The translations under genes were made by a program, and so were the position numbers. The notes beneath the pieces were generated by a model. That model was given only the letters and a program-made list of their open reading frames with translations. It searched no databases and was not told where the DNA came from. A stretch of DNA of 64,000 bases from a virus. Below are positions 18,313-28,448 of the stretch, piece after piece. The DNA is taken from IMG/VR virus record IMGVR_UViG_3300029220_000234, positions 1 through 64,000 of that record; one strand, given 5' to 3'. Every line of letters begins with the position of its first letter. The first letter of the stretch is position 1.

Positions 18313-19020
18313 ATGGCTTCCCATACTTATCAGGACCCGATTGGGTTCTATGAATGGTTCGATGACCTTCCTTATGCTATCCAGGATAGTATTCTGAAAC
18401 ACCTGCCGCATATCGAAGGCGAGGAATGGTTCATCGTCATTATCTTTGCTGCTCTTATTCTAATGATTCTGGTTTCAGCGTATCTGGGCTTTGCAAGACA
18501 TAATGTCAAAAAAACGAGTGAACGACTCAACGCTTTGAAAGAACTGAACAACACGACTGAATTCATGCCGGTCGAGGCGCAGTACCGCTACTATCTACGT
18601 TCTGATACGAAGCTGGAATTCGAGGAGTTCTCGCTCCCGAAGTTCTTTCGCCGTGAAGTGAGGGAAAACTTCAAGCTGTACAATACCCTGCTTGGCAATG
18701 CTCGGGCAAACACGGTATTGTATGAAACATATGGCCGCGAGATTCAGGAACTCCCGGAATGGACGGAATCGGATGACGATTGCGGACGGCATATCCCGTT
18801 CTTTCTCTACCGCAACATTGAGAAGGAACTGTACGATGAAACGGTTCTGGATTGTCCCGTGACAACTCCTGAATTCGTCTGCACGAAAAGCTACCTGCCC
18901 AAAGACGCTAAGAATCCGATTGAGATGGAAGAGACCTATACGCTGGAGGAACTGGAAGAGTACATACGCCGCTTGAAGGTTGCAGCCGATGTCAAGAAGA
19001 ACAGCCAGAACACAGGCTGA
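18313..19020 (+). CDS. Hypothetical protein with one TM helix
   Basis: RBS GAGGTAACAT-ATG. Hydrophobic segment FIVIIFAALILMILVSAYLGF. Confidence 0.5.
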   Translation: MASHTYQDPIGFYEWFDDLPYAIQDSILKHLPHIEGEEWFIVIIFAALILMILVSAYLGFARHNVKKTSERLNALKELNNTTEFMPVEAQYRYYLRSDTKLEFEEFSLPKFFRREVRENFKLYNTLLGNARANTVLYETYGREIQELPEWTESDDDCGRHIPFFLYRNIEKELYDETVLDCPVTTPEFVCTKSYLPKDAKNPIEMEETYTLEELEEYIRRLKVAADVKKNSQNTG

Positions 19021-19156
19021 AAAAGGCGGTAAACAAATGCAAGAGGCGGGAGCCCGGGTTTGTTGGTTCCAGAACGTTTTTCCGCCTGAACTTTAACAGC
19101 ACTTTGATATTCTGCGGCCATTGACAAACTGCCAAAAATGTGCTTAGGGCCAGAAC

Positions 19157-19190
19157 TCTTGCAAAAACGTGCGATACGCATACAATAAAT
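19157..19190 (+). promoter_or_regulatory. Phage-type promoter (TTGCAA ... GTGCGATACGCA ... TACAATAA)
   Basis: Consensus match upstream of the 19226 gene. Confidence 0.5.
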
Positions 19191-19225
19191 AAAAATCCAA
19201 GATAGAACGAATAGGAGATATAAAC

Positions 19226-19834
19226 ATGAGTGAACAGAAAGAAAATGCTCAGCTCGAAGCTTATCGGACTCTCGTTGACGATTTCAAGCGCTTCGTCAGT
19301 TCTGAAATTCGGGCAGAGGAGAACAGCTACCGGATTGTGGACATGACTTCCGAAGATGCCGAAATCGATGACCCGAGCGTTCCGGTGACTCAGCTGGAAG
19401 ATGAAAAGGCGGAGAAGCTCGCCGGTATCTGCATGGACCTGTCCAACGCTACGCTGTGGCTCTACTACAACCGCGATAAGTTTGCGAACGTTGAGTTTAT
19501 GCCTCTGAAAGAGGAGACTTTGAAGGAATACCAGAAGCAGGCTCAGAATGCTCTGAATGAGCCGAAGAGCCCGCTGTTCCTGAAATCCTGGTATCAGCTC
19601 ATTGAAATGTTGAGTCAGGAATGTATCCCGCAGCGCTACGAGGACGACGGTCAGCGATATACAGACGTCTATGTGAACACCTATATGCTCATGTACCTGA
19701 CCATGACCCGACTCAAGAACGGCGGAACTTTTACACGCCTTGCAAACGGGCAGGGAAGCGATGCTGTGAAAATCACGACCATCGCAATGTACTACTTCTC
19801 CAGCCTTTTGACGGTTCTCTGCACCGAGTACTAA
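19226..19834 (+). CDS. Hypothetical protein
   Basis: RBS AGGAGATATAAAC-ATG. 202 aa. Confidence 0.5.
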   Translation: MSEQKENAQLEAYRTLVDDFKRFVSSEIRAEENSYRIVDMTSEDAEIDDPSVPVTQLEDEKAEKLAGICMDLSNATLWLYYNRDKFANVEFMPLKEETLKEYQKQAQNALNEPKSPLFLKSWYQLIEMLSQECIPQRYEDDGQRYTDVYVNTYMLMYLTMTRLKNGGTFTRLANGQGSDAVKITTIAMYYFSSLLTVLCTEY

Positions 19835-19889
19835 GCAGCATTTTCCCGCGTGAGTGATAGCGCTCATGCGGGAATTTTTTGTAATTTTC

Positions 19890-19990
19890 TATTGCTAATC
19901 TGTGCGAATTGCGTACAATAGCAAATATAAAGTAGAAGTATATCGAATCGCTGCCCCGCATGAATTGCTTGTGCGGGGCTTTTTGTTTGC
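19890..19990 (+). promoter_or_regulatory. Phage-type promoter followed by a terminator-like hairpin (leader attenuator)
   Basis: TTGCTA ... TGTGCGAATTGC ... GTACAATA, then about 30 nt, then GCCCCGCATGAATTGCTTGTGCGGGGC plus TTTTTG, then the RBS. Confidence 0.5.
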
Positions 19991-20003
19991 GGAAAGGAAA
20001 TGC

Positions 20004-20204
20004 ATGATGTACGGTTTATCAGAAGAGAGCTTAACGATTGTTGGTGTTATTTTGATTGTGGTTGGTGTCGCTATGATTGGTTGGGGATTTGAATGGAATC
20101 AGGACATTACCAATGATAAACGGGTCGGAACCGTTGTCAGAGACATTGGCGTTATGGTTTTGGCAACCGGCATCATATTTGTGATGCAGCGGGCAATGAA
20201 CTAA
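20004..20204 (+). CDS. Small membrane protein
   Basis: MMYGLSEESLTIVGVILIVVGVAMIGW... One or two TM helices. Confidence 0.4.
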   Translation: MMYGLSEESLTIVGVILIVVGVAMIGWGFEWNQDITNDKRVGTVVRDIGVMVLATGIIFVMQRAMN

Positions 20205-20217
20205 ATTGGGAAAATGT

Positions 20218-20252
20218 AAGGCAGGCTCATTTCGGGCCTGCTTGTTTTTTTA
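20218..20252 (+). terminator. Intrinsic terminator immediately upstream of the helicase RBS
   Basis: AGGCAGGCTCATTTCGGGCCTGCTT followed by GTTTTTTT. Confidence 0.5.
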
Positions 20253-20260
20253 GGTGAAAT

Positions 20261-22456
20261 ATGACAATGACAAAGAAGATTGACTCCCGGCCCTACCAAC
20301 AGGAAGCTGCTGCAGCGATTCACAGGGAGTGGGATGCCGGGAATAAGAAAACGCTGGTTGTGATGCCGACCGGAACCGGCAAAACTATTGTGTTTGCAAG
20401 CATCGTGAACGACCAGGTGGCAAAGGGCGAACACGTTTTGATTCTTGCGCACCGGGAAGAGCTTTTACAGCAGGCAAGCGACAAGCTCAAGATGGTGACG
20501 GGGCTAGAGACCGCGTTAGAGAAAGCACAAAGCTCGGCGCTCGATTCCGATAAGATGGTCGTGGTTGCCAGTGTACAGACTCTCTCTAAGCAGAATCGGT
20601 TAATGAAGTATCCGCGTGATTATTTCGGGACTATCATCATTGATGAAGCGCATCACACGGCAACCAAAACTTACAAGGGAATTCTCGAGCATTTCATCGA
20701 TGCCAAAGTGTTGGGCGTGACCGCAACACCCGACCGAAGCGACATGAAATCCCTATCTGATATCTTTGATAGTCTTGCATTTGAATATAAGCTTCCGGAT
20801 GCAATTCGGGAAGGTTATCTCTGCAAAATCAACACGAAGACGATTCCTGTCAAGGTGGATATCAGCAAAGTCCATATCAACGCCGGTGATTTCAGTGCTC
20901 AGGACCTCGGCAATGTTCTTGACCTGTATCTGGACACGATTGCGGATGCCATTGTACGAGAATGCCAGAACCGAAAGACCGTTATCTTTACGCCTCTGGT
21001 ACGAATCAGCAAAAGACTGTGCAATATCCTCAATAAGCGGAACTTCAAGACTGCAGAAGTCAATGGCGCGTCTGCGGACCGCGAGGACGTTCTGAAAGGA
21101 TTCGACAACGGCGAGTACAAGGCGCTCACGAACGCGATGCTTCTGACGGAAGGCTGGGATTGCCCGACCGTTGACTGCATCATTTGCCTGCGTCCTACCA
21201 GGAGCCGCAGCCTGTATGCGCAGATTGTGGGACGCGGAACACGTCTGTGTGAAGGGAAAAAGAATCTTCTCGTGCTGGATTTCCTGTGGCTGACAAAGAA
21301 ACATAGTCTTTGCCATCCTGCTGATATTTTCTGTGAAGACCAAGAAGTGGCACAAAAGACCACCGATATGCTGGCGGATGCGGCACTCACCGGTTCGAAT
21401 AGCCAGGAGAATTTCGGGAGTCCTGAATTGGGGCTGATTGAGGCAATCGAGGAAGCACAGACTGAGCTGGACGAGGAAAAGCGGAAAGCACTGTGTGAAC
21501 TCGAAAAGCAGGATACGATTCAGCGTAAACTCCAGGCACAGCGTCAAAAGCCGAGAGGGCTCGTTGACCCTCTGCAGTATATCTTCAGCATCGAAGCGCC
21601 GGAACTCAACGACTATCAGCCGATGTTTGAGAGTGAGAGGCAGGAGCCTTCCGATGACATCATCGATAGTATTTCGTGCTACGGCGTAAAAGGGGATGCC
21701 ATCAAATCTCAGGGCCTTGCCGCTGCAATTCTCAAACGACTCATTGCTCGCAGAGCCAGCGGAATGGCTACCCCGAAACAGATTCGGTGTCTTGAAAGTT
21801 TTGGGTTCGTCCATGTTGGGCGCTGGACAATGCAGTATGCAAGCAGTTTCCTGAACGTCATCAGTTCTCATGACTGGGAGCTTCCAAATGGGTTCGACGC
21901 ATCTACGCTGGACCCGGAAAAGAATACGGCGGACGACCTCGCCAAGCTGTATCCAGACTACAAGGAGGATGAGACGAAGAAAGCACCGCGTGGGGATGCT
22001 TTCATCTGCTGCTACTACGATGCAGGGTATAATTTAGCACGCAAGAAGGTCTGCAGCAGCGAGAAAGAAATGCTTAATATGTATTATTCGCTGTTCAACA
22101 ATTGTGAAGCAAAGTACTTCTATTATATGAAGGAAGCTGATGCCTGGATGGCAGAAAAGCAGAATCTAATTGCCAGAAAGACCGGAACACCGATTTCTGC
22201 CGCACAGCCGACTCAGGCAACACCCGCAGTACCTCCTCCCTTTGTCCCGACAGCTCCCGCCAAGAGCCACGAATATTACTGCTGCCTTGCCCGATGGGAT
22301 GGGTCCTACATTGGCTATGAAACTTACAAGAGTGAGCAGGCAGCACAGAATGCCCGAAAGCAGATTGCCCGGCGCGGTGAGACGGCTGTGTATGCCACAG
22401 TAGAGGAAGCTGAAGCGTGGGTTGACAAGCAGAAGGCCGCAAGAACTAGGAGGTAA
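20261..22456 (+). CDS. SF2 DEAD/DEAH-box helicase (type III restriction res-subunit-like core) with a roughly 300-aa C-terminal extension
   Basis: Walker A VVMPTGTGKT, DEAHH box, TATPDRSD, and motif VI QIVGRGTRL. Confidence 0.8.
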   Translation: MTMTKKIDSRPYQQEAAAAIHREWDAGNKKTLVVMPTGTGKTIVFASIVNDQVAKGEHVLILAHREELLQQASDKLKMVTGLETALEKAQSSALDSDKMVVVASVQTLSKQNRLMKYPRDYFGTIIIDEAHHTATKTYKGILEHFIDAKVLGVTATPDRSDMKSLSDIFDSLAFEYKLPDAIREGYLCKINTKTIPVKVDISKVHINAGDFSAQDLGNVLDLYLDTIADAIVRECQNRKTVIFTPLVRISKRLCNILNKRNFKTAEVNGASADREDVLKGFDNGEYKALTNAMLLTEGWDCPTVDCIICLRPTRSRSLYAQIVGRGTRLCEGKKNLLVLDFLWLTKKHSLCHPADIFCEDQEVAQKTTDMLADAALTGSNSQENFGSPELGLIEAIEEAQTELDEEKRKALCELEKQDTIQRKLQAQRQKPRGLVDPLQYIFSIEAPELNDYQPMFESERQEPSDDIIDSISCYGVKGDAIKSQGLAAAILKRLIARRASGMATPKQIRCLESFGFVHVGRWTMQYASSFLNVISSHDWELPNGFDASTLDPEKNTADDLAKLYPDYKEDETKKAPRGDAFICCYYDAGYNLARKKVCSSEKEMLNMYYSLFNNCEAKYFYYMKEADAWMAEKQNLIARKTGTPISAAQPTQATPAVPPPFVPTAPAKSHEYYCCLARWDGSYIGYETYKSEQAAQNARKQIARRGETAVYATVEEAEAWVDKQKAARTRR

Positions 22457-22460
22457 TCAT

Positions 22461-23015
22461 ATGCGTACAGACAAGACGGCAAGCCACATTTGCTACGAGC
22501 TTGACCACGATGTGCAGGAATATGCGAAACGGCTTTTAGCCAAAAAAATTCTGCACGCGGCACAGCAGGACAATGCCGTTCCGTTCCCTGATGAAACGGC
22601 AAAGAGAATTGCCGAGACGGCGGTGTTTCTGACCGAACGCCTCACGCTTTTGTATGAGGTCAGTTCTGGCTTTCGAGGCATTCGGTTCAGCGATTCCGGG
22701 AAACAACCCGCTGTTTATACTACCATGGTTCAGCGCAATGCTCCTTTGTACGATGAGCCGATGCTTGGGCGGGCCTACAACCTCGCCAGCTTCCTTGCCG
22801 CTGAAAATGCGGATATCAGAGAAGTGGTTTTGATGAAGCATGGGGTTTTGGCGGCAATTTATAATGCTGCTGCGCACATGAAAGAGCGGACTCCGGAGCC
22901 GGGGAAAATCACGGTTCAGAGCCAGCTGTTTGTGTCCACGGCGGTTGAGCTGTTCGATGGCCTTTCGGATGCGGCGACAGAAAAGAAGAACGACAGCGAT
23001 AAAAGCGCTGCCTGA
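22461..23015 (+). CDS. Hypothetical protein
   Basis: RBS AGGAGGTAATCAT-ATG. 184 aa. Confidence 0.45.
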   Translation: MRTDKTASHICYELDHDVQEYAKRLLAKKILHAAQQDNAVPFPDETAKRIAETAVFLTERLTLLYEVSSGFRGIRFSDSGKQPAVYTTMVQRNAPLYDEPMLGRAYNLASFLAAENADIREVVLMKHGVLAAIYNAAAHMKERTPEPGKITVQSQLFVSTAVELFDGLSDAATEKKNDSDKSAA

Positions 23016-23037
23016 GCTATAAATTAGGAGAATTTGT

Positions 23038-23490
23038 ATGATTCGATTCAGAAAAGATACCCCTCGCTACTGGTTTATGAGTAACTATTATCCTTGCGAA
23101 TTCGTGATGGATGGGATTCGTTACAAGAATGCCGAAGCAGCGTTTCAGAGCCACAAGGTTCCGCTGGAAGAGCGCAAACAATTTTCAGACATGCCTCCGG
23201 CAACGGCTAAGCATTTTGGCCGTCATGTGGCTTTTCCTGCCAACTGGGACGAAACCCGGGACGATGTAATGCGCCGCGTGGTGATGGCCAAATTCGAGCA
23301 GAATGAGGACCTCAAACAGCGCCTCCTCGAAACGGGTACGCAGCCTATTGAGGAAGACACGACCAGCTGGCATGACAACTATTGGGGCAACTGCCACTGC
23401 CCGAAATGCCGGAACATCCCGGGCCAGAATCGGCTCGGTATCATTCTGATGGAAACCAGGGACAAGCTGAAAAAGCAAGCGGCCAAATAA
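23038..23490 (+). CDS. NADAR (YbiA/DUF1768) family ADP-ribose-processing enzyme
   Basis: WFMSNYYPCEFVMDGIRYKNAEAAFQSHK... matches the NADAR N-terminal signature (F.SNFYP..F..DG..Y.S.E..FQ..K). Confidence 0.7.
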   Translation: MIRFRKDTPRYWFMSNYYPCEFVMDGIRYKNAEAAFQSHKVPLEERKQFSDMPPATAKHFGRHVAFPANWDETRDDVMRRVVMAKFEQNEDLKQRLLETGTQPIEEDTTSWHDNYWGNCHCPKCRNIPGQNRLGIILMETRDKLKKQAAK

Positions 23491-23594
23491 TGCTTGCAAT
23501 GGCTTGCGGGTTCCATGTAATTAAAGGTGTAATCAAAAAGAATTATCTTTTGCGAGGACTCCGTTGCTGACGGCGTTCTCGTTCTCTTTTTTTA

Positions 23595-23655
23595 CAAAGA
23601 CAAAAGGCTGCCGCCCATCATGGGCAGCAGCCTTCTTTTTTTGTTTGTATCAACC
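23595..23655. terminator. Bidirectional intrinsic terminator between convergent genes
   Basis: AAGGCTGCCGCCCATCATGGGCAGCAGCCTT flanked by A-runs on one side and T-runs on the other. Confidence 0.55.
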
Positions 23656-23693
23656 GATAGGGCAGCAAATCATCTTGCCGCATTCAGAACGAC

Positions 23694-25580
23694 TCACTGA
23701 ACAACCTCGCCAAGGTCGTTTGCATATTTCGGGTCACACATCATGAAGTAGTTGACGGGGCCGTACTCCAGACCGAGCTCCTGCGCGTATGCCTTGATGG
23801 CTTCCAGGACGTCCTCTTTCTTGAGGCCAAACTTGGAATGCAGACGGGCAAACTCTTTGTCAGAGACAGAAACGCAAGAGCAATTTTCTGCATCGGTTTC
23901 TTTGCTGCCCAGCATCCCGTCAAAGATGTCCTGTCCTGCACAGAGAATCGTCTCATTGTTCATCACATAGGCGATAACGGAAGCCTTACAGTCAAAGTCG
24001 CTGTCTTCCACAAGGAAATCCTCAGGGCGGCCGTGACGTTCAACAACGTTTTCATAGATGTCCCGGAGTTCGATAGGAGCAGAAGGAGCGGTCAGCGCTG
24101 CTTTATGAAGGCGCATGAATTCCACGAACTTTTCATCCGAGAGGGTATCGGTATAAAAGCCGATGCCGGAAACGCGAACCTTCACTTCGCTGGCAAAGTA
24201 ATCGTCAATTTTGGAGACGATTTTCTGCTGGACCCGCTTGTATGCTTCCTGAACATTGGAAGCCGTGTAAAATACCGGAAACTTCATGATGTCGATTTCC
24301 TCCGGCAGACTCGCGTCATAGGCCGCATCAATGCCGCCTCGCAGCGCCGGAACCGCGTCATGCAGCTCTTTCACAGAAGAAATGTATCCGGTAATGTACA
24401 GCTCATCGTTTTTGCTGTAATGCCCGATAAGTCCCACATAGAGGGTCTGCATCAGCATCCGCTTGAAGCTGAACCAGCAAAGTCGAATAGGAAGAATGAC
24501 GTTTGCGGCCGAACCTTCCGCGTGATAGTTGCTGGGTGCAGAGACCTTTTCCAGCAGAATCTGGCCGTTCTTGTCACCGTATTTTTCCTTGAAAAGAGCT
24601 TGAAGAATTTCAGTGGACGAAAGAGGAGTGGACATTGGAATCGTTTCATTCAGAAAAGAGAGGAATGCATCCACGTTGTCTTTCTGCCATGCGTCATCAG
24701 ACATGCTTGCACGCTGCATAGAGAGCTTGTCTTTCCCGTCGTCAGGCAAGGGCTCATACCCACAGGCGATACGAAGCTCGTTCTCCGTGACAGCATCCGT
24801 TGCGCTTGCAATTTTCTTGAGGGTGTTTTCGGTCGGCTGAGCTTTTGCGTTGCCATTCACGAGGCTGCTGATATACCCACGAGTCAGTCCTGCCTGAAAC
24901 GCAAACTTACCCTGTGTTCGGGTTCCGATGGCTTTTTTGACCAGCGATGCCAGCCTTTGAAAGTCGGGCTCTTTGGGAAAGGTGGCCTCCGTATCCTTAT
25001 TGCTGTTCTTTTCAAGTACCGACTTGTCCCAACCGGTGACAAGAGAATACCCAATATCCTTCAAGGATTGGTAGGCAACCCCGTTCTGGTCAAGAGCCGG
25101 GGAGAATGTACCGCTGTTATCTTCCAGCTGCTCTACTGCCTCACGCACCATCCTTGCTTCGTTCATCAGGATGACGTCCGGGGCTTCAAGCCGGGCAAGA
25201 CTCTTGTACCGACTATTGAGGCGCTCGACTCGTGCGGCCAATGCAGTGATGTTGGCAACTTGGCCCTTCGTTGCATGGGCAGAGATATCTGCACCAAGTT
25301 CAAAATGGTTCAGTGCAGGAATATCCACGCTTTTGCTCTTGGCGAATTCCACAATGGCTTCCGCGCCATAGAAACGCTTCTCATGGGCTGCGACAACTTT
25401 CGTTATCGTGTCGGCCGAGTTGTCCAGCTCAAGCACTTCACCTTTTCCGGCATCCTCGACATAACACCTGGCGTTGGTGAGAAAGCCTTTCAAAAAATCA
25501 GCATCCACATCCAGCTTCTTAGCGATGCCGGGCAGCTGCTTATAGAAAATCACGGGTGTGGCGAGGTTAACAGAAATCAT
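23694..25580 (-). CDS. Large protein with a central XRE-type HTH
   Basis: The only long minus-strand gene in the phage core. TQGKFAFQAGLTRGYISSLVNGN is a canonical HTH_3 motif. The gene is divergent from the GIY-YIG cluster promoter repeats. Confidence 0.6.
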   Translation of the reverse strand: MISVNLATPVIFYKQLPGIAKKLDVDADFLKGFLTNARCYVEDAGKGEVLELDNSADTITKVVAAHEKRFYGAEAIVEFAKSKSVDIPALNHFELGADISAHATKGQVANITALAARVERLNSRYKSLARLEAPDVILMNEARMVREAVEQLEDNSGTFSPALDQNGVAYQSLKDIGYSLVTGWDKSVLEKNSNKDTEATFPKEPDFQRLASLVKKAIGTRTQGKFAFQAGLTRGYISSLVNGNAKAQPTENTLKKIASATDAVTENELRIACGYEPLPDDGKDKLSMQRASMSDDAWQKDNVDAFLSFLNETIPMSTPLSSTEILQALFKEKYGDKNGQILLEKVSAPSNYHAEGSAANVILPIRLCWFSFKRMLMQTLYVGLIGHYSKNDELYITGYISSVKELHDAVPALRGGIDAAYDASLPEEIDIMKFPVFYTASNVQEAYKRVQQKIVSKIDDYFASEVKVRVSGIGFYTDTLSDEKFVEFMRLHKAALTAPSAPIELRDIYENVVERHGRPEDFLVEDSDFDCKASVIAYVMNNETILCAGQDIFDGMLGSKETDAENCSCVSVSDKEFARLHSKFGLKKEDVLEAIKAYAQELGLEYGPVNYFMMCDPKYANDLGEVVQ

Positions 25581-25794
25581 GGTGTACTCCTTTCAAATAT
25601 GTCATTAGGTGTACAATGCTGTCATCTTCTGTAATTATAATAGCACATCCCGCACCAAAAAGCAAGCAAGAATTTACAATAAATGACAAGAAAATACACG
25701 AGATGACATATTTGAGTGTGACGGCTGATTTTTGAGTCTTTCCTGTTCAGCAGCGGAACAAGCCTTGTGCGTCTTGTCTATGCCATGACTTTGC

Positions 25795-26165
25795 CACTGT
25801 TTTGCCACAGTTTTGCCTTGTGCATCCGTGCAAATTGAATATTATTGTAAATATAGGATGAATCAGTGTGAGCTGCAGAGATTAGGAATTCTGCGGCTCT
25901 TTCTTATGTGGCCCCTAAAAGTCGTGATAAATGCACGCGTGCGTTCTAAAAATGTGTGCGTGCGTTTTTTGTGTATTTTCACGCATTTATCGCTCGTTAT
26001 TTGTGTGGGGTAGTGTTTTGCCATAATTTTGCCTTGTGCATCCGTGCGAATTAAATATGATAAGAAATATAAGATAAATAAGTGTGAGCCGTAGAGATTG
26101 AGTTTCTGCGGCTCCTTTCTTTTGTGGTCCCCATGCGGATGAAAATGTCTGCGTGGGGTTTTTTT
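25795..26165 (+). repeat. Two tandem roughly 210-bp units, each with TTTGCC(A/T) direct repeats, a phage-type promoter and a hairpin
   Basis: Unit 1 spans about 25795-26010 and unit 2 about 26015-26165. They share TTTTGCCTTGTGCATCCGTGC(A/G)AATT...AATA...AGTGTGAGC.G.AGAGATT....TCTGCGGCTC. The second unit ends in CCCCATGCGG...CTGCGTGGGG followed by TTTTTTTT, directly before the GIY-YIG start. Confidence 0.6.
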
Positions 26166-26170
26166 TAATT

Positions 26171-27361
26171 ATGGAATACTTGTATAAGCAATATAACAAC
26201 GAACCCGGGAAAGCTCCGACAGGAGAAAAATATATATACGTTATTACTGAAATAGAAACAGGAAAAATGTATATAGGACAAACCAGTAATTTCCACGCTC
26301 GTATGCGTTCGCATAGAACCTGCAAGTGCAACCAACATAGCGCAATTGATAGAGCTATTCAAGAAAAAGGTGCGGACGCATTCCAATATGAGATTTTAGA
26401 GTTGTGTGCTGCTGATGACGCTGATAGCAGAGAACGATATTGGATAGAAAAATCCGATTCTTGCAATGAACAAAAAGGTTTCAATACGTTTAAGGGCGGC
26501 CAAAAGAGTTTTTCAGATGAAAACTACTCTATGCTTGTAGAAATGCTTCAGCAAGGAATGACATTAAAGACTGCGTGTGACGCTATAAATACCTCTATTG
26601 CTTCTGCAAGGAGAGAATTGAAGAGGCGAGACACAAATTTGTCGGAAATCCGCTGTTCGGCAGCCGAACATAAATATCTGCGCCGCAAAAGCACTCTCGG
26701 AAAAGAAATCAATATAGCTGACGTACTGAAAATGTATCAAAATGGCATGTCATCGAAAGAAATAGCAGAGCACTATGGTATGAACTCATCCGCTTTTTAT
26801 CGCCGGTTAAAAGAAAATGGGTTGAGCGCCAGAGCAATTGCTCAGCCAAATTACGGAACAGCATCTGCTCTTTTCGACAAAGATAAAGCTATTGCAATGT
26901 GTAAAGACGGATATTCTGCCAGCGAGATAGGCGATGCTATGGGATTGCCGTATTACACAATAGAGAGGCTTCTTCGAAAGTCTGGATATTCTATATCATT
27001 GATTGCAGATGAAGAAGCAGCAGATAAAAGAAAGAAGCGAAACAAAAAACGAAGCCAAAATGGAAACTTCAATTTTGAAATGGCCGTTGATTTTTTAAGA
27101 GAAGGTTACAAGATACAAGCGATAGCTGATTTGATGGGCATATCAGATGCTCACCTAAGAACAAAGCTCAAACAAAACGGCTTTGATTTAGAAAAAACGC
27201 TTCCAATTATAGTCTGTGACGAAACGGGCGAAACGTTTCTTACAATGATAGAAGCGGCAAAAGCGTACAACGTAAGCTATACATCACTACGGAAATGTTT
27301 TGAAAAAAAGCAGGGTTACTGTGGCGGCTACCATTGGCACAAAGAAAAGCAGAATTTTTGA
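26171..27361 (+). CDS. GIY-YIG homing endonuclease with C-terminal NUMOD / HTH repeats
   Basis: The catalytic module is KYIYVITEIETGKMYIGQTSNFHARMRSH...RERYWIEK. Four HTH repeats follow (...MSSKEIAEHYGMNSSAFYRRLKENG and similar), with a C-terminal IENR-like motif. No SD is visible. The start is taken at MEYLYKQ. Confidence 0.8.
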   Translation: MEYLYKQYNNEPGKAPTGEKYIYVITEIETGKMYIGQTSNFHARMRSHRTCKCNQHSAIDRAIQEKGADAFQYEILELCAADDADSRERYWIEKSDSCNEQKGFNTFKGGQKSFSDENYSMLVEMLQQGMTLKTACDAINTSIASARRELKRRDTNLSEIRCSAAEHKYLRRKSTLGKEINIADVLKMYQNGMSSKEIAEHYGMNSSAFYRRLKENGLSARAIAQPNYGTASALFDKDKAIAMCKDGYSASEIGDAMGLPYYTIERLLRKSGYSISLIADEEAADKRKKRNKKRSQNGNFNFEMAVDFLREGYKIQAIADLMGISDAHLRTKLKQNGFDLEKTLPIIVCDETGETFLTMIEAAKAYNVSYTSLRKCFEKKQGYCGGYHWHKEKQNF

Positions 27362-27408
27362 CTCCAATGCAAAATACAGCATCGGATTTTTTATTGGGAG
27401 ATATAGAC

Positions 27409-28395
27409 ATGGCAAAGAATGAGAATCTGCACAAGGCAAAGGACGCGAAGAACGACGAGTTTTATACCAGAATCGAGGATGTTGCAGAGGAACTACGGCA
27501 CTACAAAAAGCATTTCGCGGGCAAGGTCGTATTCTGCAACTGCGATGACCCGACATGGTCCGCTTTCTGGCGGTATTTCCACCTGAACTTTGCAGAACTT
27601 GGCTTAAAGAAGCTGATTTCCACGCACTACGACCGTACAGAACCCACCTATAAAATGGAGTACGAGGGCGGAGATGACAACAATGTAGAAGTCGGAGTCA
27701 AGACTCCGCTGGAAGGCAACGGTGATTTCCGGAACAAAGAATGCCTTGACCTGCTGGATGAGTGCGACACCGTAGTCACAAATCCTCCATTCAGCTTAGC
27801 TAGAGCCTATGTCCAGTATCTACGTGAGCACAATAAGCAATTCGTTATTATTGGGGACCTCAACTGGATTACATACAAAGAAATTTTCCCGATGCTGAAA
27901 GATAATGAAATCTGGCTGGGATATTCTTCTGTAAAAGAGTTCACGCAACCTGACGGGACAATCAAGAAGTTCGGGAATAAATTGTGGTATACCAACCTCG
28001 ACATCCAGAAACGTCACGAGAAGCTGATTCTCTGGCAGCGGTACTATGACGATGACGGGAATCCGCTGCCGGATGCAGAGGAGCGCTACCCCCACTATGA
28101 TAACTACGACGCTATCAACGTGGATAGGGTCGCCGATATTCCGATGGATTATCAAGGTGTAATGGGTGTGCCGATTACATTCTTGAATGGTTACAATCCG
28201 GAGCAGTTTGAAATTGTGGAGTTAAGTAGATATCTTAACCATGAAGGAATGTCTAAGAAATTCGTTGAAACGTATTACAAACAAGGCGGAAAAGGCCAAA
28301 TTAAAGAAGGTCATCCAGACCTTTGCTATTATGATGACAAAGGTAAAGCAATCGTTCCATACATGCGAGTCCTTATAAAGAAAACAATTGCTTGA
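27409..28395 (+). CDS. Putative DNA N6-adenine (or N4-cytosine) methyltransferase
   Basis: TNPPF catalytic motif IV. Start at MAKNENL after a GGGAG RBS. Adjacent to the homing endonuclease. Confidence 0.55.
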   Translation: MAKNENLHKAKDAKNDEFYTRIEDVAEELRHYKKHFAGKVVFCNCDDPTWSAFWRYFHLNFAELGLKKLISTHYDRTEPTYKMEYEGGDDNNVEVGVKTPLEGNGDFRNKECLDLLDECDTVVTNPPFSLARAYVQYLREHNKQFVIIGDLNWITYKEIFPMLKDNEIWLGYSSVKEFTQPDGTIKKFGNKLWYTNLDIQKRHEKLILWQRYYDDDGNPLPDAEERYPHYDNYDAINVDRVADIPMDYQGVMGVPITFLNGYNPEQFEIVELSRYLNHEGMSKKFVETYYKQGGKGQIKEGHPDLCYYDDKGKAIVPYMRVLIKKTIA

Positions 28396-28448
28396 AATTG
28401 AATGTAATGTGCTTATTCTTTTTGTAAATAATGAGAGGAGAAAAAGCA

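Noticed and set aside
20753-21871. 372-aa minus-strand ORF inside the SF2 helicase
   Set aside because: Antisense to a gene with complete helicase motifs. No start context.
23838-25634. 598-aa ORF on the + strand
   Set aside because: It is fully antisense to the 628-aa minus-strand gene that carries a clean XRE HTH. Its translation is Arg/low-complexity rich with no recognisable motifs, and a bidirectional terminator closes the minus-strand gene. It is a shadow ORF.
25795-26165. Possible CRISPR-like array, suggested by short direct repeats
   Set aside because: There are only two long (about 210 bp) tandem units containing promoter elements. There are no short regular repeat-spacer periodicity and no cas genes.
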